This document shows, one piece after another, positions 1 through 8,417 of a stretch of 64,000 bases of DNA. Source of the DNA: a virus. Location: IMG/VR virus record IMGVR_UViG_2889849113_000003, positions 3,716 through 67,715 of that record, one strand, 5' to 3'. The translations under genes were made by a program, and so were the position numbers. The number at the start of each line of letters is the position of its first letter. Within the stretch, counting starts at the first letter, position 1. The notes below the pieces were generated by a model that was given only the letters and a program-made list of their open reading frames with translations, was not told the DNA's origin and made no database searches.

Positions 1-312
1 CGAGAGCACGAACGGCGGGTTCGTGATGACGGCATCGCAGTCGTACTCGGTTGCGAGAAAGTCCTTGCCGCCAATGCCGTAGCCCGTTTGTCGAATGTCC
101 GTGCTGTAAACGGAATCGACGTACTGCGTCAACACGTCGCTCATTGCGCCCGCACCACACGCCGGCTCCCACACTGCCGCGTTGCGGGGAAGCGCAAGGA
201 ACTGCATCAGCGCGTGCGTGGCATCGGGCGGCGTCGGGTAGTAGTCCAGTTCGCGGCGCGGCTTGCTGCCGGCATTTGCGAGAGTAACGCCTTGATTTTG
301 GTTGTCGCTCAT
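1..312 (-). CDS. DNA N6-adenine methyltransferase, truncated by window edge
   Basis: Manual translation MSDNQNQG...YYPTP...WEPACGAGAM (motif I)...VITNPPF (motif IV); absent from ORF track because it runs off the edge. Confidence 0.85.
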   Translation of the reverse strand, partial: MSDNQNQGVTLANAGSKPRRELDYYPTPPDATHALMQFLALPRNAAVWEPACGAGAMSDVLTQYVDSVYSTDIRQTGYGIGGKDFLATEYDCDAVITNPPFVLS

Positions 313-403
313 GTTGGATTTGGTGATTTGATAATCAGGACGCGCGGCGGAATCAATGACGGCAATTCCGCGCTTCGGTCCAATATGCGGGACGGTTGCC
401 TAT

Positions 404-682
404 TTATTTGGCAGGCTTATTCAGGCCACGCCAGCATGGGTAGCTGTCAACTTGGCGCCAGTGCTGGTTCTTGTCCGGCCCGAACAGCCACGCCACGCCG
501 TTCCACCACTGGCGGTAGATGCCATCCGTGAACTGGCGCTCGTACCAGCCGATGCGCGCCGGGCGCACCGAGCATGCAAACCAGGGCGTCACGCCCTTGG
601 CCGGGCAGGGCCGGTGCTCGTTGACGAAGGCCAGCCACGTCGCGGCCGAGCGCATCGGACGCGGGGCAGGGGCGCCGCTCAT
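404..682 (-). CDS. Hypothetical phage protein, Trp-rich
   Basis: 92-aa ORF, ATGA-coupled to upstream gene. Confidence 0.6.
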   Translation of the reverse strand: MSGAPAPRPMRSAATWLAFVNEHRPCPAKGVTPWFACSVRPARIGWYERQFTDGIYRQWWNGVAWLFGPDKNQHWRQVDSYPCWRGLNKPAK

Positions 683-1305
683 GCTGCGGCTCCCTGGCCG
701 GCTTGCTCGGCGAGCTTCTTGCGCACGCCGTCGTAGCGCGCTTCCTCGGCTGCCTTCTCGCGGTCAAACCACGCCTGGGCGCCGCCTGCGGCCTTGGCGT
801 CGTTCAGGTCCGGGTACAGGCCGGGTAGGATCAGCGTGTTGGTGATCCAGCGCATCGCCTCCTCGGTATTGGTCTCCTCGGCCTCGATGGCGGCGGCCTG
901 CATCGGCAGCACCATCAGCATCCACATATGGCTGGCTCGGGCGTGGTCGGACTCGTGCTGCGCGGCCTGCTTGCGCAGCGTCGTGACCTGCGCGCGCAGC
1001 TGCTCAATGGCGTCTGCCGCGCGCTCCGTCATTGCCCCGCCGAACATGCGCAGCGTGGGCACCAGGTCGTGGTTCGGGTCTACCGGCCCCGCCAGCGCGC
1101 CGGCAATGTCGCGCCAGGTCAGCGGCACGATCTGCTTGCCCATGGGCGCCATGTCGCAGCACTTGCCGCACGTCGCGGAACGCAGGTTCCACGAGTCGCC
1201 ATCGGCACCGGTTTCCTCTTTGCGCCAGAGGCGCCAGAGGGCGCCGCACTCGGTGCAGCGGTGGGTCGGCGCTGCCGAATTGAAGTCGATGGGTTTGGTT
1301 TGCAT
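679..1305 (-). CDS. Hypothetical protein with N-terminal CxxC pairs
   Basis: Likely start MQTKPIDF; CTEC and CGKC motifs. Confidence 0.65.
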   Translation of the reverse strand: MQTKPIDFNSAAPTHRCTECGALWRLWRKEETGADGDSWNLRSATCGKCCDMAPMGKQIVPLTWRDIAGALAGPVDPNHDLVPTLRMFGGAMTERAADAIEQLRAQVTTLRKQAAQHESDHARASHMWMLMVLPMQAAAIEAEETNTEEAMRWITNTLILPGLYPDLNDAKAAGGAQAWFDREKAAEEARYDGVRKKLAEQAGQGAAA

Positions 1306-1336
1306 CTGTTTTTCTCTCTGTTGATATTGCGCCTTA

Positions 1337-1627
1337 TCAATGGAAGTCGGATGGGTATTCGACCGCAACCGTCTCCGACTTCGCCCGCTTGGCGCAGTGC
1401 TCGCACCACGCCCGGTGCACGGCCAGCGGCACGTCGTACTCATGGATCTCCAGCGCCAGCGCGCCCTGGTCCTCGCGCACCGTGCGCTGCGCCAGCAGGC
1501 CGCGGTCGAGCAGCTTCTTGACGCTCAAGGGGTGCGGTTGTGGCCGTCCGCAGCCGCGGCTCCAGCCTTGGAAGGTCAGCAGGGTTTGCTGCGATGGCGT
1601 CAGGCGCGAGAAGTCGTAGGTGTCCAT
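1337..1627 (-). CDS. Hypothetical protein
   Basis: Likely start MDTYDFS; operon context. Confidence 0.55.
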   Translation of the reverse strand: MDTYDFSRLTPSQQTLLTFQGWSRGCGRPQPHPLSVKKLLDRGLLAQRTVREDQGALALEIHEYDVPLAVHRAWCEHCAKRAKSETVAVEYPSDFH

Positions 1628-1629
1628 GC

Positions 1630-1809
1630 TTAGAAAAGCTCCTGCTGGTCTTCGGCGGCTGGCGCTGCCGGCCGCGCCGTGTCGGCGCCTTGCTTCTGGA
1701 TCTGCTCGCGCCACACGCCTTTCGTGGTGTCGCCGAGCTGGTCCCAGGTCGGGGCGCTGCGGGTGCTGGCCTCGTAGAGGCGGCGGGCCTGGGCGTCGAT
1801 GTCAGCCAC
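1630..1809 (-). CDS. Small hypothetical protein
   Basis: ORF in tightly packed operon. Confidence 0.5.
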   Translation of the reverse strand: MADIDAQARRLYEASTRSAPTWDQLGDTTKGVWREQIQKQGADTARPAAPAAEDQQELF

Positions 1810-1987
1810 GGCAGGGCTCCTTCGCATTGCTGATCGCCTCGGCCAGCGCCTGGCGCATGCGCGTCGCGCCGGCGGCGCTCTTCTCGGTGAGGTCGGCCAC
1901 GTAGCGGCCCAGCAGTTCGCCCAGCAGGCGCTCCAGGGCGGCGGCTTCGTCGGCAGGGAGGGTGGTGGTGATGCGCAGGGCGTCCAT
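1802..1987 (-). CDS. Small hypothetical protein
   Basis: 61-aa ORF in packed operon. Confidence 0.5.
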   Translation of the reverse strand: MDALRITTTLPADEAAALERLLGELLGRYVADLTEKSAAGATRMRQALAEAISNAKEPCRG

Positions 1988-1989
1988 GG

Positions 1990-2448
1990 TCAGCCTTTCA
2001 CGGTCTTTGGCTTGTCAGGTTTTGTTGGCGCGGTGTCAGCTTTCTTTGCTCGCTTCGCTGGCACCACACCTGGGCCGTAGCGCTTGGCATTGAGCTTGTC
2101 CACGTGGTCCTTGACCTTGTCGTGGTCGTCCGGGTGCGCATAGAGGTTGCCGATGGGCTTCAAGCCCAGGTCGCGTCGCCGCTGATCCAGCGCTGCCCAT
2201 CGTTCCTTGCCGGTCTTGGCCGTCGGCTTCTCAGAGGTCATTTCTGCTTGTAGTTCACTGCGCAACTTGTTCAGGCACTCGTTTGACTGCTCGATGTGGC
2301 GCTCGTAACGCTCGCGCAAGGCCATGGCCGTCTTGGTGCCGGGGTTGCGGGCCGATTGCATCAGCGCAGTGGTGGCGATGTTGTCGTGCCGGGTCATCTT
2401 GTCGAGCAGCGCCAGCCGCTGCGCCGGCGTGAGCGGCTTCGTGCTCAT
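1990..2448 (-). CDS. Hypothetical basic protein
   Basis: 152-aa ORF, Lys-rich tail. Confidence 0.6.
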   Translation of the reverse strand: MSTKPLTPAQRLALLDKMTRHDNIATTALMQSARNPGTKTAMALRERYERHIEQSNECLNKLRSELQAEMTSEKPTAKTGKERWAALDQRRRDLGLKPIGNLYAHPDDHDKVKDHVDKLNAKRYGPGVVPAKRAKKADTAPTKPDKPKTVKG

Positions 2449-2625
2449 TGGCGGAGCTTCAGGTAGCAGGCTGCCACGCGCTCGGTGACGTACTGGCCGC
2501 GCTTCGCGCCCATGCCGTCATAGCTGGACGACACCATTGCGTTGCACGCGCTGCACGATGGCCGGGGCATCGTGGTAGTACACCTTGGCTCCGTACTTCA
2601 GGGCATTGGCTTCTTCGTTGGTCAT
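2445..2625 (-). pseudogene. Frameshifted small gene (or sequencing error)
   Basis: 181-nt span; frame breaks after NGVV, shifted frame SYDGMGAKRGQ...KLRQ ends in a TGA overlapping the next ATG. Confidence 0.55.
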
Positions 2626-2861
2626 GACGTTTCCTGTTGTCGATGGGCCTATTATGCACCGTGTTGGTACTAACGCAATAGGCATGACGACAGCATGGCG
2701 CACGTCATCAGCCCTTCGTTTGCGTGTCTTCGCGGCGCTGCGCCGCTATGCGCTCGCAGTGCTCCCGCACGAGCCGCCGCGCATCCGGCTTCGACGCGAA
2801 CCAGGCGAACAGCGGGTAGCAGTCGTCCTGCGCCAGCGCAGGCGGTGGCCAGCCGGTGGCT

Positions 2862-3146
2862 TCAGGCGTCGTCGTCAAGGAAGGCGAGGTCGTAGACCCA
2901 CTGCGGCGCGCCGTCCGTGCACAGGCCGTACCAGTCCAGCACGCGGCCTTTCTCGTCGGCCGGAAACACGTTGAAGTTCTCGTCTCCAAGGATCGTCTCC
3001 AGACCCCAGGACGTGATGACGTGGAGCGCAACTGTTCCGTTGTCCAGCACGATCGGCGGCTCGACGCGGAAGAGGGCGCCGCCGTAGCCCTCGGCCGGCG
3101 TGACGCCTTGAACCTTCATGGCGGTTCTCGGTTGGCTTGCGTCCAT
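2862..3146 (-). CDS. Hypothetical acidic protein
   Basis: 94-aa ORF with globular composition. Confidence 0.55.
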   Translation of the reverse strand: MDASQPRTAMKVQGVTPAEGYGGALFRVEPPIVLDNGTVALHVITSWGLETILGDENFNVFPADEKGRVLDWYGLCTDGAPQWVYDLAFLDDDA

Positions 3147-3148
3147 GG

Positions 3149-3388
3149 TCAGTCCTTGCGCGTGCCCTTCGGCAGCGTGTCCTCAAAGTGCGCATGCTGC
3201 TCACCCTTGAGCCGCAGCCGGCCCAGGTTCTCGCAGGCTCCCATCACCACCCGCAGCCGCACGTTGTTGCCGTCGCCGAGCTGGTGGTGTAGCCAACCGA
3301 CGCAGTGCACGCCCTCGGCGCTGTCGTGCGGGTTCACGTCTTTGCGCCAGGGGCACTTGGCGCATTGGGTGGTGCGCCGGAGCTTCAC
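3149..3388 (-). CDS. Cys/His-containing phage hypothetical protein, possibly internally deleted
   Basis: QCAKCPWR...HCVGWLHHQLGDGNNV motifs. Confidence 0.6.
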   Translation of the reverse strand: MKLRRTTQCAKCPWRKDVNPHDSAEGVHCVGWLHHQLGDGNNVRLRVVMGACENLGRLRLKGEQHAHFEDTLPKGTRKD

Positions 3389-3645
3389 GGCCAGTCCTCC
3401 AACGCCAGCGAAACCCGCGCCGCGGCCACCATGGCTTCCAGGTCGATGATGCGCAACGACTGCTCCCGGTAGATGTCGAACTGCTTGGACAACATCTCCT
3501 CCTGCGCCTCCATGACTTCGACCGCCAGGCGCAGGCCTGCGGCGTCACGCGCCGTGAGCCGGTGGCCCGGGCGCGCGGCGAGGTCGCGCAGGCGCTCGAT
3601 GCTGGCCTTGCTCGCGCTCATGGTGCTGGCGCTGCTTCTTCGCAA
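3385..3645 (-). CDS. Hypothetical protein
   Basis: Overlap-coupled ORF; start uncertain. Confidence 0.5.
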   Translation of the reverse strand: MRRSSASTMSASKASIERLRDLAARPGHRLTARDAAGLRLAVEVMEAQEEMLSKQFDIYREQSLRIIDLEAMVAAARVSLALEDWP

Positions 3646-3992
3646 CCGGCCGTAGTCTGCTCTGTGGCCAAAGGTGAGGACTTTTGTGCATCGCCGTCGC
3701 CGTCCTGCGCCAGCCCCAGAAGCCGCCCGGCGCGCTCGACGGCCTCGGCCTCGCTGCCATCCGACATCCCGCCGCCGGTGAGGGCGAGGTACTTGCCGGC
3801 CAGTGAGTGCAACGCAAGCAGCGCGCTGCGTAGCTCGTTGAGCTCGCGGTTCTGCGCCTCGGCATCGGCCAAGACTTCGCTGGCCAGCAATTCCTCGCGC
3901 TCCAGGGCTTCAAGGCGGTCTGCGGCAGCGCGCAGCTGCTGAGGAAGCGTCGCGTCAGCCACGGGGAACCCCCTCCAGTCCGAGATCCGCAA
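3618..3992 (-). CDS. Hypothetical coiled-coil protein
   Basis: Helical heptad-like content; start uncertain. Confidence 0.5.
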   Translation of the reverse strand: MRISDWRGFPVADATLPQQLRAAADRLEALEREELLASEVLADAEAQNRELNELRSALLALHSLAGKYLALTGGGMSDGSEAEAVERAGRLLGLAQDGDGDAQKSSPLATEQTTAGCEEAAPAP

Positions 3993-4347
3993 TGGCCGCG
4001 CAGACGCCCCGCGCCAGTTCGGTAGAGGCGTTGCCGCATTCGTAGCTCTTGAGCGCGTGGAATGCGGCGCGCAGCAGCCGCTCGTGATCGACCTTGAGCG
4101 CCTGAAGCTGGCGCATCTCGGCAGCCTCGATGTCGGGCTGGCGCTCCATGCTGCCGCGCCCGGGCATCTTCTCGTTCCAGGCGTCGCCCAGCACCTGGCA
4201 GGAGCGGCCGTACCCGATGGTCTCGCCGATCTGGCGCAACTGGCGGATGTAGGGCGCCTCGAAGGAATCGAGGGCGCGGATGCGGTGGTCTGTGTCGGGG
4301 GTGGTCATGATTTGGTTCCTCTTATGGTTCTTCGGCCAGGCGCTCAA
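3955..4347 (-). CDS. Hypothetical protein
   Basis: ORF; likely start MTTPDTD. Confidence 0.55.
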   Translation of the reverse strand: MSAWPKNHKRNQIMTTPDTDHRIRALDSFEAPYIRQLRQIGETIGYGRSCQVLGDAWNEKMPGRGSMERQPDIEAAEMRQLQALKVDHERLLRAAFHALKSYECGNASTELARGVCAAIADLGLEGVPRG

Positions 4348-4603
4348 GGGCCTTGACCTGCTCCAGCGCTCGCTCCATCACAGCGAGCAGTCCTTGCGCC
4401 GCCGCCCGGATCTGCGGCGCGTTGTGTGCGCGCACCGGGCGCATGCCCTGGGAGCGGCTGCCGGCGACTTCGGCCAATACCTCCAGGGTGCTGGCCCGGT
4501 AGTCGCACGACGCGCACCTATAGCGGCGCCGCGTGCCTTGGTCCGTCGGGCGGCTCTCGATGCAGCGCATGCTGGCCCCGCAGGCTGGGCAGGGAAAGGC
4601 CAT
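4322..4603 (-). CDS. Zinc-ribbon protein (NrdR-N/Ogr-like), possible regulator
   Basis: CPAC...TRRRYRCASC motif. Confidence 0.7.
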   Translation of the reverse strand: MAFPCPACGASMRCIESRPTDQGTRRRYRCASCDYRASTLEVLAEVAGSRSQGMRPVRAHNAPQIRAAAQGLLAVMERALEQVKALERLAEEP

Positions 4604-4941
4604 CAGGGTGACTCCGCTGCTGGCGCTGACGCACCGATCGGCCGCGACCAGTTCCGCGCCATGTCGCCCGCGGTGTGATCCTCCTGCGCGTCCTGCATGC
4701 CGAAGGCCGCCAGCGCCAGCCGCGCATCGGCATCAGTGCAGCGGCAACCCATGACGCTGATGCCCAGCACGTGCTCCGGGACCGCGGTGGCGGTGTCCAC
4801 GGCGCTGAGCACGAACAGGCCCGTGGCCGGGTGCGTCCAGGCATCGACGCTGTACGTCGCAGACGCAAGGCCGGCGGGGCACTCCCACCACTGCGCCGGC
4901 TGCCAGTCCGGTGAGGTCGGGCGCAGCGGGGCAGGGTTCAC
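4603..4941 (-). CDS. Hypothetical protein, paralog of adjacent gene
   Basis: Shares HPATGLFVLSAV, RCT and ED..ARN motifs with 4938-5381. Confidence 0.65.
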   Translation of the reverse strand: MNPAPLRPTSPDWQPAQWWECPAGLASATYSVDAWTHPATGLFVLSAVDTATAVPEHVLGISVMGCRCTDADARLALAAFGMQDAQEDHTAGDMARNWSRPIGASAPAAESP

Positions 4942-5381
4942 CGCGTGACTCCGCGCCACACGTAGTCGCCCTTGTCCTCGCGCATCGCAGGCTCCTCATC
5001 CTGGCAGTGGCAGATGTGGCCGCTGAGCTTGTCGGCCACAGGGCGCCAGAAATTCCGCGCCCGTCCGCCGGGTACGTGGTTGTCCTCGGTCGCATCCGAC
5101 AGCCCGAAGGCGGCCAGCACGAACAGCGCATCGGCGGCGGTGCAGCGCCCGCCGTTGAGGGTGATCGAGAGGTGGTATTCGGGCCCCAGGTCCGGCTGGC
5201 CGGGATCGTGGGCCACTTCGACGGCAGACAGCGCGAACAGGCCGGAGGCAGGGTGTTCCCAGGGCTCGACGGGGTAGCCGAGTTCGGCCAGCTGCGGCGG
5301 GCACCGCCACCAGGTGGCGCGGCGCCAGCCCGGGCCCGTGGGCCGCTTCGGCTGGATGATGGAAAGGGTGCCGGTCATCAT
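4938..5381 (-). CDS. Hypothetical protein, paralog of adjacent gene
   Basis: HPASGLFALSAV...EYHLSIT...RCT...EDNHVPGGRARNFWRP. Confidence 0.7.
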   Translation of the reverse strand: MMTGTLSIIQPKRPTGPGWRRATWWRCPPQLAELGYPVEPWEHPASGLFALSAVEVAHDPGQPDLGPEYHLSITLNGGRCTAADALFVLAAFGLSDATEDNHVPGGRARNFWRPVADKLSGHICHCQDEEPAMREDKGDYVWRGVTR

Positions 5382-5647
5382 GCGGGGCGCTCGGTGGTTG
5401 CGGCGATTTGCGCGGCACCCTTCGCCGTCAGCCGGTACGTGAGCCACGGGTAGCCGTCGCCAGTGCCTTCCACAATCAATCCCTGCTGGCGCAGGTCACG
5501 GATCGCGCGATCCAGCCAGGGCGTCTCGCAGAGGTCGAAGGTGCTCACGCGCGGGTGGTTGGCGAGGCAGCGCAGCACGTTGCTGGCGGTGCGCTCGGCC
5601 GGCTCGAGACTGGCGGCCGGGCCGCTGAATGAGTCGAGGTGCATCAA
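5378..5647 (-). CDS. Winged-helix-like protein
   Basis: AIRDLRQQGLIVE...YRLTAKG wing signature. Confidence 0.55.
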   Translation of the reverse strand: MMHLDSFSGPAASLEPAERTASNVLRCLANHPRVSTFDLCETPWLDRAIRDLRQQGLIVEGTGDGYPWLTYRLTAKGAAQIAATTERPA

Positions 5648-6153
5648 GCTCCCCGGTAGTTGGTGACGGCGTAGGCGAAGCCATTCGGCGGCGCCGCCCG
5701 ATGCCAGGTCTGCGCCTCGACGTGGAAGCTGGATCGGTCGAAGTCCGGAAAGCGTGTGTCGCCGGCGAAGTCCTGCGCGATCTCGGTCAGCGCCAGCTCG
5801 TCAGCCAGTCCGAGCGACAGCGCTTCGGCATAGACCTGCGCGCCGCCGATGACGTAGACGACAGGCTCACCGGTTGCGCGCAGCAGCGCCAGCGCATTGC
5901 ACAGCGAGGACGCCACGATCACGCCGGGCGCGCGCCAAGCTGGGTCGCGCGACAGTACGACGTTCCTGCGGCCAGGCAGCGGGCGCACGGCGGCCGGCAG
6001 GCTGTCCCATGTGCGCCGGCCCATGATGACGGCCGCGCCCATCGTGAGGCGCTTGAAGTGCGCCAGGTCCTCGGGGAAGTGGCCCCAGGGCAGGGCACCC
6101 TGGTTGCCGATGACGCCATTGCTGGCCACGGCGGCGACGATGACGAGTCTCAT
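5644..6153 (-). CDS. folA: Dihydrofolate reductase
   Basis: AAVASNGVIG...LPW...EDLAHFKRLT...VIMGRRTWDSL...RPLPGRRNVVLSR...VIGGAQVY...GDTRFP. Confidence 0.95.
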   Translation of the reverse strand: MRLVIVAAVASNGVIGNQGALPWGHFPEDLAHFKRLTMGAAVIMGRRTWDSLPAAVRPLPGRRNVVLSRDPAWRAPGVIVASSLCNALALLRATGEPVVYVIGGAQVYAEALSLGLADELALTEIAQDFAGDTRFPDFDRSSFHVEAQTWHRAAPPNGFAYAVTNYRGA

Positions 6154-6407
6154 GAGGGTGATGCTCCGGGTGAGCTTTTTTGGGGCTTCGCCGCCGCCGG
6201 CTGCGCAGCACTCCAGGACTGCATCCCGGGCCAAATTGTCAGCGTCTCAGGCAGGCGGCCCTCGGCGCCTTCGCGCTGCTGGCGCAGCGAGTCGGCGGCG
6301 AACTTGCGCAGCTGCTCGGCGGTGGCCACGGGCATCTTCAAAGTCACGCCCGGGCCTTGGTCGCTGAAGACGAGGCGGGCCGTGACGAAGCCGGGTTCGG
6401 TGCTCAA
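6150..6407 (-). CDS. Hypothetical protein
   Basis: TTG start overlapping upstream stop. Confidence 0.5.
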   Translation of the reverse strand: MSTEPGFVTARLVFSDQGPGVTLKMPVATAEQLRKFAADSLRQQREGAEGRLPETLTIWPGMQSWSAAQPAAAKPQKSSPGASPS

Positions 6408-6742
6408 GGTGTTGCCTCCGCAGCTTGTTGTTCCTCGCGCCCCTCCAGCGCGTCGATGTCCGCCGGCGACACCACGCCGAACCGACCCAGCAGCCCGTCG
6501 AGCGCACCCCACAGCACCGCGATGCGGCCGTCCAGCGGCTTGCGCGCCTGGTGCGCTTCGAGCAGCCGGTACGCGGCCACGAAGAGGGCGGTCTGCGCCG
6601 CATCCGGCCCGGGCGCCGCGGCAGGGTCCTGCAGTGCCTCGCGGATGCGGGAGAGCAGCATCTGTGCGCGGGCAGGGCGATCCATGGCTAGGCCGGCGAG
6701 CTCGGTGAGTGCGGTCAGGGCGGCAGCGTGGGTGGTGGTCAT
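6404..6742 (-). CDS. Hypothetical helical protein
   Basis: ATGA-coupled ORF. Confidence 0.55.
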   Translation of the reverse strand: MTTTHAAALTALTELAGLAMDRPARAQMLLSRIREALQDPAAAPGPDAAQTALFVAAYRLLEAHQARKPLDGRIAVLWGALDGLLGRFGVVSPADIDALEGREEQQAAEATP

Positions 6743-7125
6743 GCCGTTGCCCCATCGGTGAACATGAACTCGATGCGCGTGACGACCGTCTCCGGCGTGC
6801 AACCCTTGTGCGAGTCGCAGAAGAAGCGCACGAACTCGGATGGCCAGCGCAGGGTGGCGTGATCGCCGAAGCCTTCCAACGCGCACTCGGCCAGGCCGTA
6901 GTCAACGTCGTCCTGCAACGCGCGCAGTTGCTCCTGACGCACGCTCACCACCAGCAGCGGGGCGCGCAGCGGCTGCACCTTCTCGCCGCGCTTGAGGCCT
7001 ATGCACTTGGCGACCGGGCGCAGCTGCTCGCCGGCCTGGAGGTGCTGCCAGCCGATGCGTCGCGTCACTGTCTTGGTGCCGGCGAGCAGTTGCGGTGTCG
7101 TCAGGGCGAAGGAGATGTTGCGCAT
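6739..7125 (-). CDS. ASCH/PUA-like domain protein
   Basis: ISF...LAGTKTVTRR...ALEGF...EF..FF...VTRIEF. Confidence 0.8.
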   Translation of the reverse strand: MRNISFALTTPQLLAGTKTVTRRIGWQHLQAGEQLRPVAKCIGLKRGEKVQPLRAPLLVVSVRQEQLRALQDDVDYGLAECALEGFGDHATLRWPSEFVRFFCDSHKGCTPETVVTRIEFMFTDGATA

Positions 7126-7135
7126 GGCGGCCGAC

Positions 7136-7387
7136 TCAGTCCTTCTTGAGCCGCATCCAGCCGGCCTTGCGGTCGAACACGATCACCTCGCGCTTGCGCA
7201 GCGCCTGGAGCCGGCGGTCGATGATTCGCCACTCCGGCGGCTTGAACCGCCCCGGCGCCGCCTGGCAGATCGGCTTGGCCAGCGCCAACAAGTCCTTCAT
7301 ACCGTCGAGGACCATCATCGTGTTGCGCCCGGCGTCGATGTGCGCCAGCAGCGCGGCGTCGAACGCGGTGTAGTCCGGCGCGCTCAA
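7136..7387 (-). CDS. Hypothetical protein, possible wHTH
   Basis: RIIDRRLQALRKREVIVF. Confidence 0.55.
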   Translation of the reverse strand: MSAPDYTAFDAALLAHIDAGRNTMMVLDGMKDLLALAKPICQAAPGRFKPPEWRIIDRRLQALRKREVIVFDRKAGWMRLKKD

Positions 7388-7635
7388 AGCGACGCCTCCG
7401 GCCCGGCCGCCTGCACCAGCCGCGTGAAGTCGGCCACCGTGCGGCACTTCTCGCAGTCGTCGTCGGCGAGCTCGATGCCGACCTCATCCTCCAGCGCCAT
7501 GACCAGTTCGACCAGGTCGAGGCTATCGTGCTTGTGCAGTTCGGTGTCCTGGCTCACGGTGGCGGGCGCGAGGCCCAGGACTTCTGCAGTGATGCGCTCG
7601 ACGCGCTGCTCGGTGGATTCGGTGGTGGTGTTCAT
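7384..7635 (-). CDS. Acyl carrier protein-like protein
   Basis: DSLDLVELVMALEDEVGIEL...TVAD; acidic 83 aa; phosphopantetheine Ser retained. Confidence 0.85.
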   Translation of the reverse strand: MNTTTESTEQRVERITAEVLGLAPATVSQDTELHKHDSLDLVELVMALEDEVGIELADDDCEKCRTVADFTRLVQAAGPEASL

Positions 7636-7824
7636 GGGTTTGCTTTCAGGACGTGGGCAGGTCGCGGCAAGGCTTCCAGGTCTCGCCGGGATCGGCCGCC
7701 GCAGGCTGCGGTTCAGGCGCGGCGCCTGCGGGATGCAGCGTGTTGGCCAGTGGCACGCCCAGGCTGGCGCTGTAGGCTGGCGGCGGCGCGAGGTCGCCGG
7801 AGTTGGTCGGGATGTAGAAACCCA

Positions 7825-8205
7825 TCAGTGGTGCTCCGTGATCGGCCGCAACTCCTGCAGCGTCTCCACCGCCACGAAGCGCACCAGGCGCTGCGGCTCG
7901 CTCACCGTGTCCGCAATGACCTGCATGACGGCAGCCATCTTCGGCATGGTTTCCTGGGACGCCTTGTTGTCCACCATGCACGCGGGCAGCACACCCATCG
8001 GCGTACCGATGCTGCGGATGCCGACCTTGTCGTGGCTTTCGTCCTTGCCGATCCAGGCAAGCATGGCCACGGGCGGCTCGGCCGATTCGTCAAGCGCCTG
8101 GCGCGCGATCTCCTTCATGGCCAGGGCGAGGGCGTGCGGGCCTATGTGGGCGTCCAGGCTCAGTGCCAGGATGCGCCGAAGGGCGTCTTCGTGGGTAGTG
8201 CTCAA
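7825..8205 (-). CDS. Hypothetical protein
   Basis: 126-aa coupled ORF. Confidence 0.55.
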   Translation of the reverse strand: MSTTHEDALRRILALSLDAHIGPHALALAMKEIARQALDESAEPPVAMLAWIGKDESHDKVGIRSIGTPMGVLPACMVDNKASQETMPKMAAVMQVIADTVSEPQRLVRFVAVETLQELRPITEHH

Positions 8206-8417
8206 GGGGTGCTTCCTTCTTTCGTGCGCCCGGCCTTGGCCGGCTGGCGCTGCTGTGCCGGCGCTGCGGCTTTGGCGTGCTCGCGGGCGATCTGCTCGAC
8301 AGCCTCGGTCGGCATGTCAAGCGACGCGGCTGCGCTGGCCAGCGCTTCGGGCGTCTTGCCCAGGTACTGCTGGGCAGTGGCCAAGACCTTGGCGACGTAG
8401 GTGGTCGGATACGTCAT
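8202..8417 (-). CDS. Small hypothetical protein
   Basis: ATGA-coupled ORF. Confidence 0.5.
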   Translation of the reverse strand: MTYPTTYVAKVLATAQQYLGKTPEALASAAASLDMPTEAVEQIAREHAKAAAPAQQRQPAKAGRTKEGSTP

